Shown here: positions 1-12,914 of the stretch, piece by piece
How positions within the stretch are numbered: the stretch's first letter is position 1
Layout of the letters: each line of letters begins with the position of its first letter
From: Rhynchobatus australiae
Taxonomy: Eukaryota
NCBI GenBank assembly: GCA_034780895.1
Contig: JAUZTB010000127.1
Span: 25,492,691-25,556,690 of the forward strand
Length of the DNA stretch: 64,000 nt
Reading direction: 5' to 3'
The notes under the pieces: model-generated
What the model was told of the DNA's origin: nothing
The model's input: the letters and a program-made list of their open reading frames with translations, nothing else
Database searches by the model: none
Made by a program: the position numbers and the translations under genes

Positions 1-600
1 TGATAACCATTGAAATCAGCTTTCATTCTTCTAAACTTCAGCTAGTATAAGCCAAGTCTCCTTAAAATCTCCTCTTAAGACAATCCCCCTGATCCCAAGA
101 ATCATTCTGGTAAACCTTGTTGAGGAAGACCAGACCTGTACTCAGTATTGCAAGTGTGGTCTCATCAGAACACTTTATGATTGCAGTAAGACGTCTTTAC
201 TCTTGCATTCTGAGAATACCAATGGTTATAGCCTCTCAAGCAGAAAATGACTTGTCCCTTCCTACTCTTGTGTTCCATCTACTTACCAATTTTCAATCTA
301 TGTTAATATATTGTCCCAATCCCATGTGTTTTAATTTTATTTAATAATCACTTGTATGACACCATATTGAAGGCCTTATGAAAGTTCAAATACACCACAT
401 CCCCTGGTTTGCCTATATCTATTTGATCAGTTACAACCTCAAGAAACTCTAAACACGTTTGACAAATGTGTTTAGAGTTTTCATAAATTCATGTGGCCTC
501 TGTGGAATTCTATTATTATATTCCAAGTGCCTTTTTTACCACTTACTTTTAGATTCTATGTTTTGGCAATTATTGATGTTATCGTTAATTCTTTCATACA
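1..600 (-). mobile_element. Decayed CR1-type LINE fragment (RT region)
   Basis: Reverse strand of ~350-405 reads DVVYLNFHKAFNMVSYK, matching the CR1 RT motif DVVYLDFxKAFDKVPH; 100-170 resembles the CR1 RPHLEYC region. No intact ORF. Confidence 0.7.
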
Positions 601-1844
601 GTAGAGCAGGGATTGTATGTGAAGTAAGTCCTCTGTGGTTTGTCACTCTATGATTTTATGTACTTTTGATGTATTATAGAAGCTGCATTTTATATTTGCA
701 TTTAAGATAAAGGTTAGAAACCAAAGCAATGCTACTGGCTGTTGACTGTTTTTAAGGAGGACTTGCTGTAGCTGATTGTACCACCTACATGGATGTTTCT
801 AATCCCTCTGCTACTGAGCTGTAATCTGATTGATGTTGTAATTATGATGGCTTAATAAATTTCAGTGTCAGTTTACTTTAACATTTGGGTTAATTTGTAC
901 GCTGCTCCTGACACTGTTTATATCAAAATTGATTTGCCTGTAACAGTGGACTGATTATTATTAATCTGAAGGAGCAAGTTATGAAATCGGGTCATAAATT
1001 AGTTTTAAACCTTCTGAATGGTCAGTGCTGCACTCAGCCACTCCAGCAACATGTCTTCATCAATTGAGGAGCAGTCTTTCTAGACTTAAAACATGGGAAC
1101 ACTGCCATGCCCATTCTGACCTAGTCCCAGATTTCAGATCTTACACAGTATTGACGTACGTTTTAAAAATACTCTTAGAAAATGGTCTCTGTAATCATAG
1201 TTATAAAAAGAATAGAATGGTGGCCAAAGATTTGATTGTTCTGATTTAAGTGAGCCTTGCCAGGAACTGAAGTGGGGAATTAACTTTAAGCTATATTTTT
1301 CTCATTGTGGCAATTATGATTGACTCAGTTTATGAGCTGCAGAGATTCCCTGTTTGATCTCCATACTAGGAAATGTGCTAACATTTGAGCTAGCAATTGC
1401 ATCCAGCACAGTTATTTTTGATTCATAAAGCTGACCTGAAATTCAGTAATATCAGTTTAATTGTTGCCATGCTTATACTCTGAAAGATCCAATCCTCTGA
1501 AAATAGTGTGCGAGATTGTTTCTCTGGGACTTGTACTTCAATCAAACAGAAGCAGTAATCCACACTAATTGATGTGTGATAAGGAACATTTGTAATTCTG
1601 AGATGAACCTAAGGCATGTATGAAAATCCCCATTGATTAAATTTGGCACTTCAAAACCATCTGAATCTGAAGATGGCTATTCTTGAAGGAACCCTGTACT
1701 GGAGAGTCAAAGTGAGCATGCTATCACTCTGCATCCCTCTAAATGCAGTTTTCCCATCATATATNNNNNNNNNNTGGTGAGTTTTCATTTTATGTTTATC
1801 TTTTTAAATGGTCCTGAAAGATCTCTTGTTAACAGCATAGTGCA

Positions 1845-2400
1845 CTACTTAGAAATTTAAGGATTATCAAGAAAGTACTGTAGAAAATATCCTTTCTGGA
1901 TTCATCATGGCCTGGTACAGCAATTCCAACACAGGAATACAAGAGGCTGCAGGTAGTAGTGGACCCAGCCTGGTCCATCAGGGGCATTCCCCTCCCTGCC
2001 ATTAAAAGCATCTACATAAGGTGCTGGCCCTAGAAAATGACAATCTATCATGAAGGATCTCCACCATCTGGGTCATGCCCTCGTCTCGCTGCTACCGTCG
2101 GGCAGGAGATACAGAACACACCACCAGGTTCAGAAACATCTAGTTTCCTACAACTATCAGGTTCTTGAACTGACCTGCACAGCCCTAATCCTACCTCAGC
2201 AATGGAACATTATGGAACACCTCTTGTACTACCAAGGACTTGTTTTGTGTTTTGCACAGTCTTTTTCTTCATTGTCTTCTATAATTTATGTTCCATGTAT
2301 CGTCTAAATCTACATGCCTACGATGCTACTGCAAGCAAGTTTTTCACTGTACTGTACCTCACCGTACTTGTGCATATGATAATAGACTCGACTTGATTCT
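1845..2400 (+). mobile_element. Rex1/Babar-type LINE 3' fragment
   Basis: Similar to the 3' parts of the copies at 12915-14235 and 22950-24710 (actgtagaaaatatcctttctgga...gcctggtac); ends in a short GACTC/GACTT/GATTC-type repeat tail. Confidence 0.75.
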
Positions 2401-3101
2401 GTGTATAAATCAGTATTAGAGTGGTTATGATATTTTTCACGAAGTTATGAGCTCAGCTGGAATTTAGAGGGATTTGTATCCCCTAGAACATGAATAGTTG
2501 GAGGTGAATGAAATGTAAAAATTGAAGACTCAAACCTGAACCCAACCTATCCAGAACTTAGCACTTTTTAGGTTTTCATTGGGCACATGACCAAACTGCT
2601 CCTGGGAGTTTTTTCATCCAAATATTTGATAAATCTCACATTTCAAATCTGACATCTGAAGGAAAGAACTGACTACCGCTTAGAAAAGGGTTGACGCTTT
2701 CAGGGTTCTACAGAGAGCAGAAGTACTGAAAAGAGAGCACACATGCTATGGAGTCAACAGCATTTAGGAAAACCTTACAAGAACTCTTCCCACCCCACTT
2801 GGAAGTACTAACTCAGTAAACATCAGGACCAATATTTTCATCATTTGATGTGCGTTTTTCAGGAGTTTGTGCTTTGTGTTACCTGTGATTGAGAAGGCAG
2901 TTGACTGCCTCCTGGTCTTCTCTGAACCTGGCTGAAATGATGCACATAGTGGTCAGCAGACAGTTCCTTTGAGTGATTTCCTCCCTTCCATTGTATTCTG
3001 CTTCTCTTCAGTAGAGTAGAATGGAGAAGCATTTTCCACCTGCGTTGTTGGATTTTATATATCCATGTGAATGAGAGCTAAGATTATGCCTCTATACTCC
3101 A

Positions 3102-3126
3102 GTGTGTGTGATAAAGAGAGAGAGAG
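3102..3126. repeat. (GT)n/(AG)n microsatellite running into an assembly gap
   Basis: gtgtgtgtgataaagagagagagag directly before the N run. Confidence 0.7.
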
Positions 3127-5228
3127 NNNNNNNNNNNNNNNNNNNNNNNNNNNNNNNNNNNNNNNNNNNNNNNNNNNNNNNNNNNNNNNNNNNNNNNNNN
3201 NNNNNNNNNNNNNNNNNNNNNNNNNNNNNNNNNNNNNNNNNNNNNNNNNNNNNNNNNNNNNNNNNNNNNNNNNNNNNNNNNNNNNNNNNNNNNNNNNNNN
3301 NNNNNNNNNNNNNNNNNNNNNNNNNNNNNNNNNNNNNNNNNNNNNNNNNNNNNNNNNNNNNNNNNATGTTTAATTGCAGGAAACCATCTTTTATTTTTAA
3401 ATGGTGATGCATAAACTGATAACCAAGCAGCTTTTACATAATTCACAGATCACTGATGTGCACGATTAAGGCAAATTGTAAAGTTGAAAGACAATTCTCT
3501 CAGTTTTTTGGCTTACTAGAACATATCAATTGCTCATCTACTTTTTCCAATTTGCAGATATTTGCTGGAAACAGATTTGTGTTGCATTTGTTTGTAAGAC
3601 AGCTTATAGCACTTCTTGTACTGTGCCTTGAATTAGAAACATATCAAAGTAGCTTCCTAGATGTGCAAGGAAAAATAGACCTTAAGTGATTTGGTGAGAA
3701 ATTGCAATGAGTGAGGTCAAGGAGGCAACTTTTGGAGATGTTGTACAAAAAGCAAAAGGCAATGGAAGAGCAGCAGGATTCAAGTACTTCAGCCTAATTT
3801 TATGAAAACATGACCATTAGAAGCAGTAAGGTGCACCTCCGTGTCTTGTAAAAGTAAGGTTCTTCGACATTAAATGAATATACAATTATGTAAGGACATT
3901 GTATTTAGCTTCTGAAATTCACATCATGGTAGGAATTTTGAAGGCAGGTCGATGTCCTGACATGATTATATAACACACTCAGCTTTTTTGATCAGAGTTA
4001 ACAGGACTAGATCATGCAGACAGTTCCATGGACAACCAGTGGCTTGCTGCAAAATGCAGGACATTACATTTTTGACTTCTGTACCTGCACGTTGTAATGT
4101 GACCCGCCCCTCCACTGTTCACTTCAGCACAGAGTTCCAAGCACAGAGCTCAGGCATGCTGAGTTGAAGAGCCAGATACGCTTCATATCTGGCCTCTGAG
4201 CTTTAGGCCAGCACCAGCATAATCCTTTTCATTTAAATGGGGTCACCTGGATTGAAAGGTAATTGCAGAAAATGCTATGTTTTGTTTTTAAATCAATCCT
4301 AATGTTTTTAATCAATTAAATATGTTTTAAGTAACTTTTTACATTTCTAAGTTCTTTAAATAGATTTAAATTGTGTTCAACTATCTCTGATTGTCAGTTA
4401 GAAATAGTTAAAAATACTTCTGACAACACAGGCTGTCAAAGGGTAACTGGGTTTGCCTCGGAGCGGGGCCTCAATTTCCACTGTCAGAAGGCTAGTTGTA
4501 TGTCGTGGGATAGCCATTGCAGCAAGGCCTGAAGCTTGATTTTATCAGAGANNNNNNNNNNNNNNNNNNNNNNNNNNNNNNNNNNNNNNNNNNNNNNNNN
4601 NNNNNNNNNNNNNNNNNNNNNNNNNNNNNNNNNNNNNNNNNNNNNNNNNNNNNNNNNNNNNNNNNNNNNNNNNNNNNNNNNNNNNNNNNNNNNNNNNNNN
4701 NNNNNNNNNNNNNNNNNNNNNNNNNNNNNNNNNNNNNNNNNNNNNNNNNNNNNNNNNNNNNNNNNNNNNNNNNNNNNNNNNNNNNNNNNNNNNNNNNNNN
4801 NNNNNNGAATAATTTGCAGTGGAGATGGCAGGGAGAATGGGTGAGAATAGAATGGACTTGTGGGAAATAGTTTACATAACCTGGTACTGAAATTAAATAA
4901 CGTTGTGAGATTATGGAAGCAAATGTGTGTGCAGTAGCTCTGCCATTCACTCCTCTACCTGGTAGAAAGAGAAAGCAGAGCATGCATCAGTCTTTTTAAC
5001 CACAAGATGTATAAAACATTAATAGTCATGTGAGATAATATCGGTTTTGGAAACTTCGAACTTGGTTGAAGTTTTTATTGCGTTATTAAGAATGTTATTA
5101 AATCTATTGGTGAGTTCTGCTGGAGCTGTTAAACTCTACTCAATCATATTAATACCCATTTGTATTAATATGATTGTGTTCTTTTCTGCCATAGCATGAC
5201 TTTATTATATGTCCATTCTCTCTTTCAG

Positions 5229-5388
5229 AGGATGTTCCACCATATTTTAAGACGGAGCCAGGGCCACCACAAGTTCATCTGGAGGGAAATCGTCTGGTCT
5301 TAACTTGTCTAGCTGAGGGAAGTTGGCCACTTGAGTTTAAGTGGTTCCGAAATGATACAGCTATCACCGAGTTTTCAAGTGAATACAG
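5229..5388 (+). CDS. SDK1: Sidekick cell-adhesion molecule, internal exon (Ig1 N-terminal half; equivalent of exon 2)
   Basis: Acceptor ctctctttcag|AG, donor AG|gtaatt; 160 nt, phase 1 to phase 2. Translates [53 protein letters not shown](R), recognisably Sidekick Ig1. The family call is firm; SDK1 versus SDK2 is less so (GxPQ, TCLAEG and SSEY favour SDK1). Confidence 0.93.
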
Positions 5389-6809
5389 GTAATTGAAAGG
5401 AGCACTGTGCCATAACTCAAGTAAACAATACATTGATTATATGGCTATTTCAATGATATCTGATTATTTTATTTAAACTTGTTTGTAGGCTAGCTTTATT
5501 ATTGGTTGGGTATTGATGCTAAACAATTTTTAAGATGTACTTTGGCACAAAATGGTTAGTTCCTCTTGGGAGTCTGGATGATCATCTTCCCTCCTGTAGT
5601 TTGCCAGTCTAGAAACACCCTGTCTGTTAGGGCATTGTCATGCAGAGTTGTTGCAGACAAAATGGAAAGAATCTGAGCCTTCCTCTCAAGCCAGGCTGAT
5701 TGATCAATCAATAGCAGTATTCAGGAATATTTCTCCTGGCTCAGGTATTATGTGTTAGTGGCAACCTCAAAAGGTTGCCTTGGTTTAATCTTCTATGGAT
5801 GGTGTTCACTTGAAATCAGTTTAACTCCAGAACAAAGTACTTCAATGGTGGCTGGTAAAAATAATCTTTCTACAACTGATGAATATAAGCTGCAACCCGT
5901 AATTTTATGTTCCTCTGCATAGAACAGATTTGCCTAGCATATTCTTTAAACCTTTGCTTTTATGCTTATTTGTAACTCATGAGCTGGAAACAAGCTGATA
6001 TGGGAGGAAGCAGGTAGTAGATCGATCTGGGTGTGGTAGTCAGATTTGGGTGGCTTTCAGTTCCTACACTGTGCTGCCAACTAATGTGTACTCAAGATTA
6101 GCAAGAAATACAACTGGTTGGCAGCCAGGACTGCTATCAGGGACTAATGGTCAATCCTTTTGTTGTCATACCTACGTTCTCTGCTTCTAGTTCACTAAAC
6201 CACTGGAATAATCTGCTTTTTTCTAATCTCAACAAGCCTTTTAGGATTTTAAGTACCAGTATCTCAGTAATCTCCTTTGTTCTAATAAAAGAGCTCCTGT
6301 TTTTTCGAGTCTTTATATTTTCCCTTAGGCAGCATCCCACTCAATCAGTGCCATGACCACAGTATTTCCTCATTTTTTTTTCCCCAGTGGCATNNNNNNN
6401 NNNNNNNNNNNNNNNNNNNNNNNNNNNNNNNNNNNNNNNNNNNNNNNNNNNNNNNNNNNNNNNNNNNNNNNNNNNNNNNNNNNNNNNNNNNNNNNNNNNN
6501 NNNNNNNNNNNNNNNNNNNNNNNNNNNNNNNNNNNNNNNNNNNNNNNNNNNNNNNNNNNNNNNNNNNNNNNNNNNNNNNNNNNNNNNNNNNNNNNNNNNN
6601 NNNNNNNNNNNNNNNNNNNNNNNNNNNNNNNNNNNNNNNNNNNNNNNNNNNNNNNNNNNNNNNNNNNNNNNNNNNNNNNNNNNNNNNNNNNNNNNNNNNN
6701 NNNNNNNNNNNNNNNNNNNNNNNNNNNNNNNNNNNNNNNNNNNNNNNNNNNNNNNNNNNNNNNNNNNNNNNNNNNNNNNNNGACTGGACAGGCTTTGTGT
6801 AACAAAGGG

Positions 6810-6985
6810 TGGAGTCATGGAGTCATAGAGTCATACGGCATCAAAACAGGCCCTTCGGCCCAACTCATCCATGTCAAGTGAAATACCTATCTAAGCTAAT
6901 CCCATTTTCCTGAATTTGGTGCAAATCCCTCTACTCCTATCCTTTCCTTTCCTATCCATGTGCCCGTCCAAATGTATTTCTCAGC
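6810..6985 (-). mobile_element. CR1/HE1-type 3' tail fragment
   Basis: gagtcatggagtcatagagtcatac...caggcccttcggcccaac is the reverse complement of the 3' end seen on the + strand CR1 at ~16560-16610. Confidence 0.75.
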
Positions 6986-7129
6986 TCATCCATCATACCT
7001 GCAAGGCTCTTTGCATTGAAATAAATGCAGTTAAGCCTACCAGCCCTCTTCTGCTTGCCACCTCTCCCTGGCTTCTCTGCCCACTAAACTTGCTGCTCCA
7101 TTAATGACATAGGCTTCTCTCTCTCCTCC

Positions 7130-7480
7130 TGCAGCACTGTCATCTTGGGTCCCACACTCCTGTGCCACCAGCTTAAACTACCCCAAGTAATTCTGGCAAA
7201 TGTCTCTGCCAGGATATTGCTCCTCTTCCAGTTTAGGTGCAATCTGTCCTTCTTGTACAGGTGACCCCCTTCCCCAGAAGAGATTCCAGTTATCCAAATA
7301 TCGGAAACTCCATCCCCTGCACCAGCTCGTCAGCCACCCATGCCTTTAGTTGTTCTATCTCCCTAGCACAGGAAGTAATCCTTAGATTACTATCCTCGAG
7401 GTCCTGTTTTTCAGCATTCTACCTGAGTACCTAAATTCCCTTTGCAGGATCTCATGTCTCTCCTGACCTTTGTCAGAGAC
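7130..7480 (-). mobile_element. CR1 ORF1 remnant (SGNH esterase-like region)
   Basis: Reverse strand of ~7172-7263 reads HLYKKDRLHLNWKRSNILAETFARITWGSLS, resembling the DGLHLN (DxxH) end of the CR1 ORF1 esterase domain. Confidence 0.65.
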
Positions 7481-7611
7481 AAAATGACTTCAATTTGCTA
7501 GTTGATAAATTGCACTGGTCATGCCATGATCATTGAAACAGAAATTGATTATTATTGTTTTCTGTCCAGGTTTATTCTGAGTACTAAACTGAACATTTTG
7601 TTTTGCCCAAG

Positions 7612-7718
7612 GTATGTAATTCCATTGCTCCAACGCTCAGACACTGGGTTTTACCAGTGTGTGGTCCGGAACAGACGGGGAGCACTTTTGCAGAGGAAGA
7701 CGCAAGTGCATGTAGCAT
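7612..7718 (+). CDS. SDK1: Sidekick internal exon (Ig1 C-terminal half; equivalent of exon 3)
   Basis: Branch-point-like tactaaac at 7582-7589, acceptor ttttgttttgcccaag|G, donor T|gtaagt; 107 nt, phase 2 to phase 1. Translates (R)YVIPLLQRSDTGFYQCVVRNRRGALLQRKTQVHVA(Y) with the Ig DxGxYxC motif; in frame with both flanking exons. Confidence 0.93.
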
Positions 7719-8511
7719 GTAAGTGGATGTCACATTTTCATCAATGTGCTCTTTCTTAGCCAGATACCTGAAGTATTCCTATAGTCTTTATATTATGAGT
7801 CATATCATCTAAAAGTACCAGTGAAGAAACCATCTACTAAATTAGTAACAATGTGTGATCTAATTCATGGTACTGCCAATACAAGTAAGTATTGATTCTT
7901 TCGTAGCAGAAAATTAAGAAAAGTAAACAATGTATAATGACTTACTTTGTATATTACCAAAGACTATTCATTGATTTATTTTTCCGATACCTTACAATTA
8001 AATTAATGGAGTGAAGTCTTCACTAAAAATGGTTATTTTGGTCAGGTTAGTTTGTCCCTGCATTACCTATAGTAGTTAATCAGAACATTGAACTAATAGA
8101 ATTTCCCCCTTAGGCGACTGGCAATTTATTTTCTTTCTAATATTACCTGAAAAGTACCCTTGATGGATGGTGATGTGAATAGGGTGGAGTAATTCTGAAC
8201 CATGGTTGCCAATAATTGAACCTGTTAATGTGCAGGTGGTTTCTTTCTATTTTCTATAATAACATTCCTTCTGCACTAGGTTAATATTGTATGATAGAAA
8301 TCACTGACTCTTCAAGGTGTTAAAACTGAAATTATTCTAGCAATGTGCACAAATTATACTCGAAGATGCTTTAAATATGATTCAGATAAATGTTCATGAA
8401 TGTATTTTCATGGAAACATTTACCACAATTATATGCAAAGCTTTACTGTCGTTCTCTTTCACTAAAGTTTGGACTTATAGCAGGAATTTAATGAGACACA
8501 TTGAACAAACA

Positions 8512-8629
8512 CAAAATGCTGGAGGAACTCAGCAAGTCATGCAGTATCAGTCAGGAGAGAAAGGACCTTCAGCCCTGATGCAGGGTCTCGATCCGAGACC
8601 CTGGTCTGCTAAGTTCCTCCAGCAGTTTG
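8512..8629. mobile_element. Short fold-back element made of two inverted Penelope-type termini
   Basis: 23-bp inverted arms at 8512-8534 and 8607-8629 (2 mismatches) and an internal perfect 10-bp hairpin at 8581-8603. Confidence 0.7.
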
Positions 8630-8869
8630 CTTTTTTAAAACCCTTCAGATCAGCCTGCTAATGCTACCTCATCAGCATTTTATGTTTTCATTTTGGATTT
8701 TCAGTACCTGCAGAATTTTTTCTCTACTATTTAATTGAATCTCTGTTAGTAGTAGTCTGAGTGTGTCAAAAATATTAGAGTGCTCACTGAGAATGTTAAC
8801 ATGCATGATGAAATGCACTGAGCTTCTAGACCTGCTCCTACTCCTACTCCAAAGCTCCCTGCTTGCATG

Positions 8870-9310
8870 CTTGCTCACTATCTCAATCTCTTTTTCTCTG
8901 CTCAGTCCTCTCTAAGTCCCTTTTCTCGCCCCCCCCCCCCATTTGTCTGTCTAAATTGTTATCCTTCTGCCCCCAATTCTGCTCTTCCTCTGGGCCTCAT
9001 CATTTGCCCCTCACTCCCAGGTCCTGTCCCTACTCTCCATAAGTTCCTGACTCTTCATCAGGAACTTCTGGAGAGTAGGGACAGGGCCTGTGTTTGCTTC
9101 CCTCCCTAGCTCTGCTCTCCTAAGATATGCCCCACCCCATTTGCTCTCCATCTGCTATGCATCCCTCCCCCTCTCCACTTTCACTCAGTTTAGACCAAAT
9201 TCCAATCCCGGTCGTCACTCCACTCTCCTTCCAGACCAGCTGCCCCGACCCATACTCCCCACCCCCACCCAATCTAGAATCTCACTTACCAGTGGACTTA
9301 CTCTCTTGAT
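8870..9310. repeat. C/T-rich low-complexity tract
   Basis: Strong pyrimidine bias including a long C run at ~8929-8940; produces spurious Pro/Ser/Leu-rich ORFs. Confidence 0.6.
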
Positions 9311-11876
9311 GGACATTTATCCTCAAACTTATGCCAAGTCTCACTGTTGTTTTGCAGCTGGAACACAGTTGAACATAATGGCCCATTGCTCTTTTGGAAC
9401 TGCTTTTTTTGTTTGGGCATATTTCCTGTTACTGCTGTGGTTGCAGTCATCTCATCATAAAATGTGGTTGCTGTTTCAATGATGCTTGTCCAGCATTTTC
9501 ACTCTTGTTTTGTTCCATCTGAACAGATAACTAATAAGCTGTAACAAAGGAGGTAAAACATCCACAGTCACTAAAAAAAACGATGCTTTAATTTTAAGAA
9601 CCAAACAGTTAAAGTTTACATGTAGAGTATTGGAACTCTCATTCTGAATTCCAACTTTAGCTGTCACATACCAGCAACAGAAGAAACACACCGAGTCAAA
9701 CNNNNNNNNNNNNNNNNNNNNNNNNNNNNNNNNNNNNNNNNNNNNNNNNNNNNNNNNNNNNNNNNNNNNNNNNNNNNNNNNNNNNNNNNNNNNNNNNNNN
9801 NNNNNNNNNNNNNNNNNNNNNNNNNNNNNNNNNNNNNNNNNNNNNNNNNNNNNNNNNNNNNNNNNNNNNNNNNNNNNNNNNNNNNNNNNNNNNNNNNNNN
9901 NNNNNNNNNNNNNNNNNNNNNNNNNNNNNNNNNNNNNNNNNNNNNNNNNNNNNNNNNNNNNNNNNNNNNNNNNNNNNNNNNNNNNNNNNNNNNNNNNNNC
10001 AATTGTTTATGATTTAGAAATGTATTGAGATCACTAGCTGGACATCATTGTCTTTTTCATTTTTGTTTACTAATCAAAAATATATTTAGACATATCAGGA
10101 TTCTCAATTGGTCACATATGGTTATACCTAACACATTGGATTGCACTCTGCTAGGAGAAATATTCTATTTTGCTAGTTTCTCAACTTAACATTTCTGCTT
10201 CTAGATTAAATAACCTTTTATCCCTATACATTACACATTCATCTTTGAAGAAGCAATCAGTCCATTTAATTCAAGGTGTAATATAAACTAAACTAAGCAG
10301 TCAGCTCTTTCTCTTTGAGTTATTTTCTCTGGTATTTTCACATTTCTGCAGAGAAGCTTGCTGAAAATATTTCACTTCACTGCTTTTTCTATTTTTGGAA
10401 AATATGCCTCACCCCCATCACCTTTTCACTTTTTCATCCTCTTGATGATGATCACATGAGTGACTGTTACCTAGACCTACACTGTTCTATTCTGTCGTCA
10501 GCAGAAGGAGTGGAAGAGGTGCAGTGAAATTATTTTTCCCATGATTTTTATTCTTGCCAGATGGTAAAGATGAAATAAGATTTGGTGTAGAGTGAAATCA
10601 CATCTTGATTGGATCGTTATGTAGCATCATTTATTGGGTCTACATAATGCTTTATTGAACTTCATAATCTCTGATTTAGACTGCTTTAATTGGACCCTTC
10701 TGGAGATAACTCTAGTGATTTAGCTGCTTGAGTTGGAGCTTCTGACCTCAACCTGCCTCCAGACTGTCAGCTTTTCATCACATGGCTTGTACCGTGTTAT
10801 GGGATGTGAAGTGACCCAGGTCATTACAGGTATATGAGGCAGTTTGGAACAGTGACTTATGATCTATTTAGAAGCCATGAACTATTGAGGTGAAATTCAA
10901 TTTTTTTTAGTTTTCACTCAATGTTATTTCATTCCAAAACATTGAAAACTACTCTAAATAAGTTGCTATCTGTTCTATCCAGTAATGTACTTCATTGCTT
11001 TTGTGTATTGAGCTGCTAAGACTGATCTCTTTCTTGCTTTGTAAGTCAGACTTGCAGGCTACTGATTTATCTTGTTAACTGATCTGATTCCTTTAAGTTA
11101 ATTTCATATATGAGGAATGGCTTGTTTACTTACAGCCATTGCATGCTTAAGGTAGATAATCAATTCTGATTTCAGAAAGAAAGCAAAGTTGTCCTGGTTA
11201 TCTCCTGAATGGACCTGATTACTATTGACTGCTAGCTTCTAATTTCTTCTGTTGTGGACTTTGCTAAGAATGTAATCCATCTATATAATGTTAACATTTT
11301 CATTAGTTTGCTGTGGCTGTATTCTTTATTTCAAAAATCATTTTTATCATAATTTATTCTATAAATAATCACATTGGGGGAGAAAAATGAAGTATTTGCT
11401 CAATCTCAAATGCCATTTTGAATAATTGCAAACTCAACCCATTGCATTGAAATTGTGCTATAATATATAATTTATCGTTCCTTGGCCACTAATTCTGAAA
11501 GTTTTTGATAGTTAATTAATAGAAAATGCTGAGCATAGCTTCAATATATCATAATTCATAGTACTTTATCATGCAGAAAAATATTTGGTTTTGTGAGTTC
11601 TCTGTGATTGNNNNNNNNNNNNNNNNNNNNNNNNNNNNNNNNNNNNNNNNNNNNNNNNNNNNNNNNNNNNNNNNNNNNNNNNNNNNNNNNNNNNNNNNNN
11701 NNNNNNNNNNNNNNNNNNNNNNNNNNNNNNNNNNNNNNNNNNNNNNNNNNNNNNNNNNNNNNNNNNNNNNNNNNNNNNNNNNNNNNNNNNNNNNNNNNNN
11801 NNNNNNNNNNNNNNNNNNNNNNNNNNNNNNNNNNNNNNNNNNNNNNNNNNNNNNNNNNNNNNNNNNNNNNNNNNNN

Positions 11877-12155
11877 AGGCAGAAGATTTGGGTGGTGGGG
11901 GGTGTGGAAGGTGGAGACCAAGAGTAAATAGTTGACAAGTGCTGGTGTTGCCTGAGAGAGGGTAGTGAATTGTTAATGACAACTATTCTGTCTGGAGAAA
12001 GGATTGGAATCTGTCCACTCTGTCCCGTTCTCTGCAACTTGAAATATGCCTGTTTTCTAGGAATTTCTACTTCTGATAAAAGACTATCAGCCAAAAATGT
12101 TACCTCTTTCTCTGTCCACAGATGCTGAATGTTTCCAGATTTTCACCATTTTCTA
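11877..12155 (+). mobile_element. Degraded Penelope-type terminal fragment
   Basis: ctctgcaacttgaaatatgcc...ttctgataaaagac...tccacagatgctg resembles the terminus at 34940-35130; the left boundary is uncertain. Confidence 0.5.
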
Positions 12156-12914
12156 GTACACAGGGTCTCCTGCTAGAAGGTAGACTGTGTGAATATCTGT
12201 TAAGGATATGCTAAACAAACCTCAGTGCAACGCTCAGAGAATTGCTAGTATACAAAGCTTCAGACTTGCACACAAAGAATGTGCACTAAGGCAAATGCTA
12301 AGATGAATGATGCAGAATACGTAACAAAGGCAAAATTGATGTCTTTAAAACGGCTGAACATTGGAAAGGCGAAAAGAAAAAGTGCATTCTGTGGTACAAA
12401 ATGATTGAACAGAAGAATTAAAACATGAATGCCAACTCCATGAATAGATGGTGAAAGTTCAAAGTATTGCTAAAGAGGATTTTACTATTGACAATAGGAA
12501 TGAACTAAAACAGAATGTATGTGAGGAGAGAATTTGCCCAAAGCCTGTGGTGCATTTAACTTCAATTTAACTTTTAAACCAGAAATTAATGTGGTATTTA
12601 CTGTGGTCTAAGACGTGGGGTAATTTTACAATGAAATCTAGTTAGTGATGAAAGGATGACTCCATTTCCAACGATTCAAAATTTTAAAATTAACATTAAA
12701 TGATAACAGAAGACAATAGAAACATTCTTTAAAAGACTGTTAAATACAGAACAGCACACACTTCATTTTGGCAGTACTTCTTATTTTTCTTAACATACTC
12801 GAGGGAAGAACATGTTATCAAATTTAAAGTCTTGTGTTTGCGACAATATTGTGCAAAACACTGTTGTGAATGGAATGGATCAATCACTTGACAATTGGAG
12901 AAGAACTGTTGGGC

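Noticed and set aside
1020-1640. Possible LF-SINE or other ancient SINE remnants
   Set aside because: Resemblance too faint to support without an alignment.
4060-4550. Possible non-autonomous DNA transposon with an AT-rich core (similar texture at 60960-61180)
   Set aside because: Could not define terminal inverted repeats or a TSD; the right end falls in a gap.
7502-7759. 85-aa ORF as a stand-alone gene
   Set aside because: It is the 107-nt Sidekick exon plus intronic read-through on both sides.
8867-9482. Pro/Ser-rich ORFs
   Set aside because: By-product of a C/T-rich low-complexity tract; no splice or homology support.
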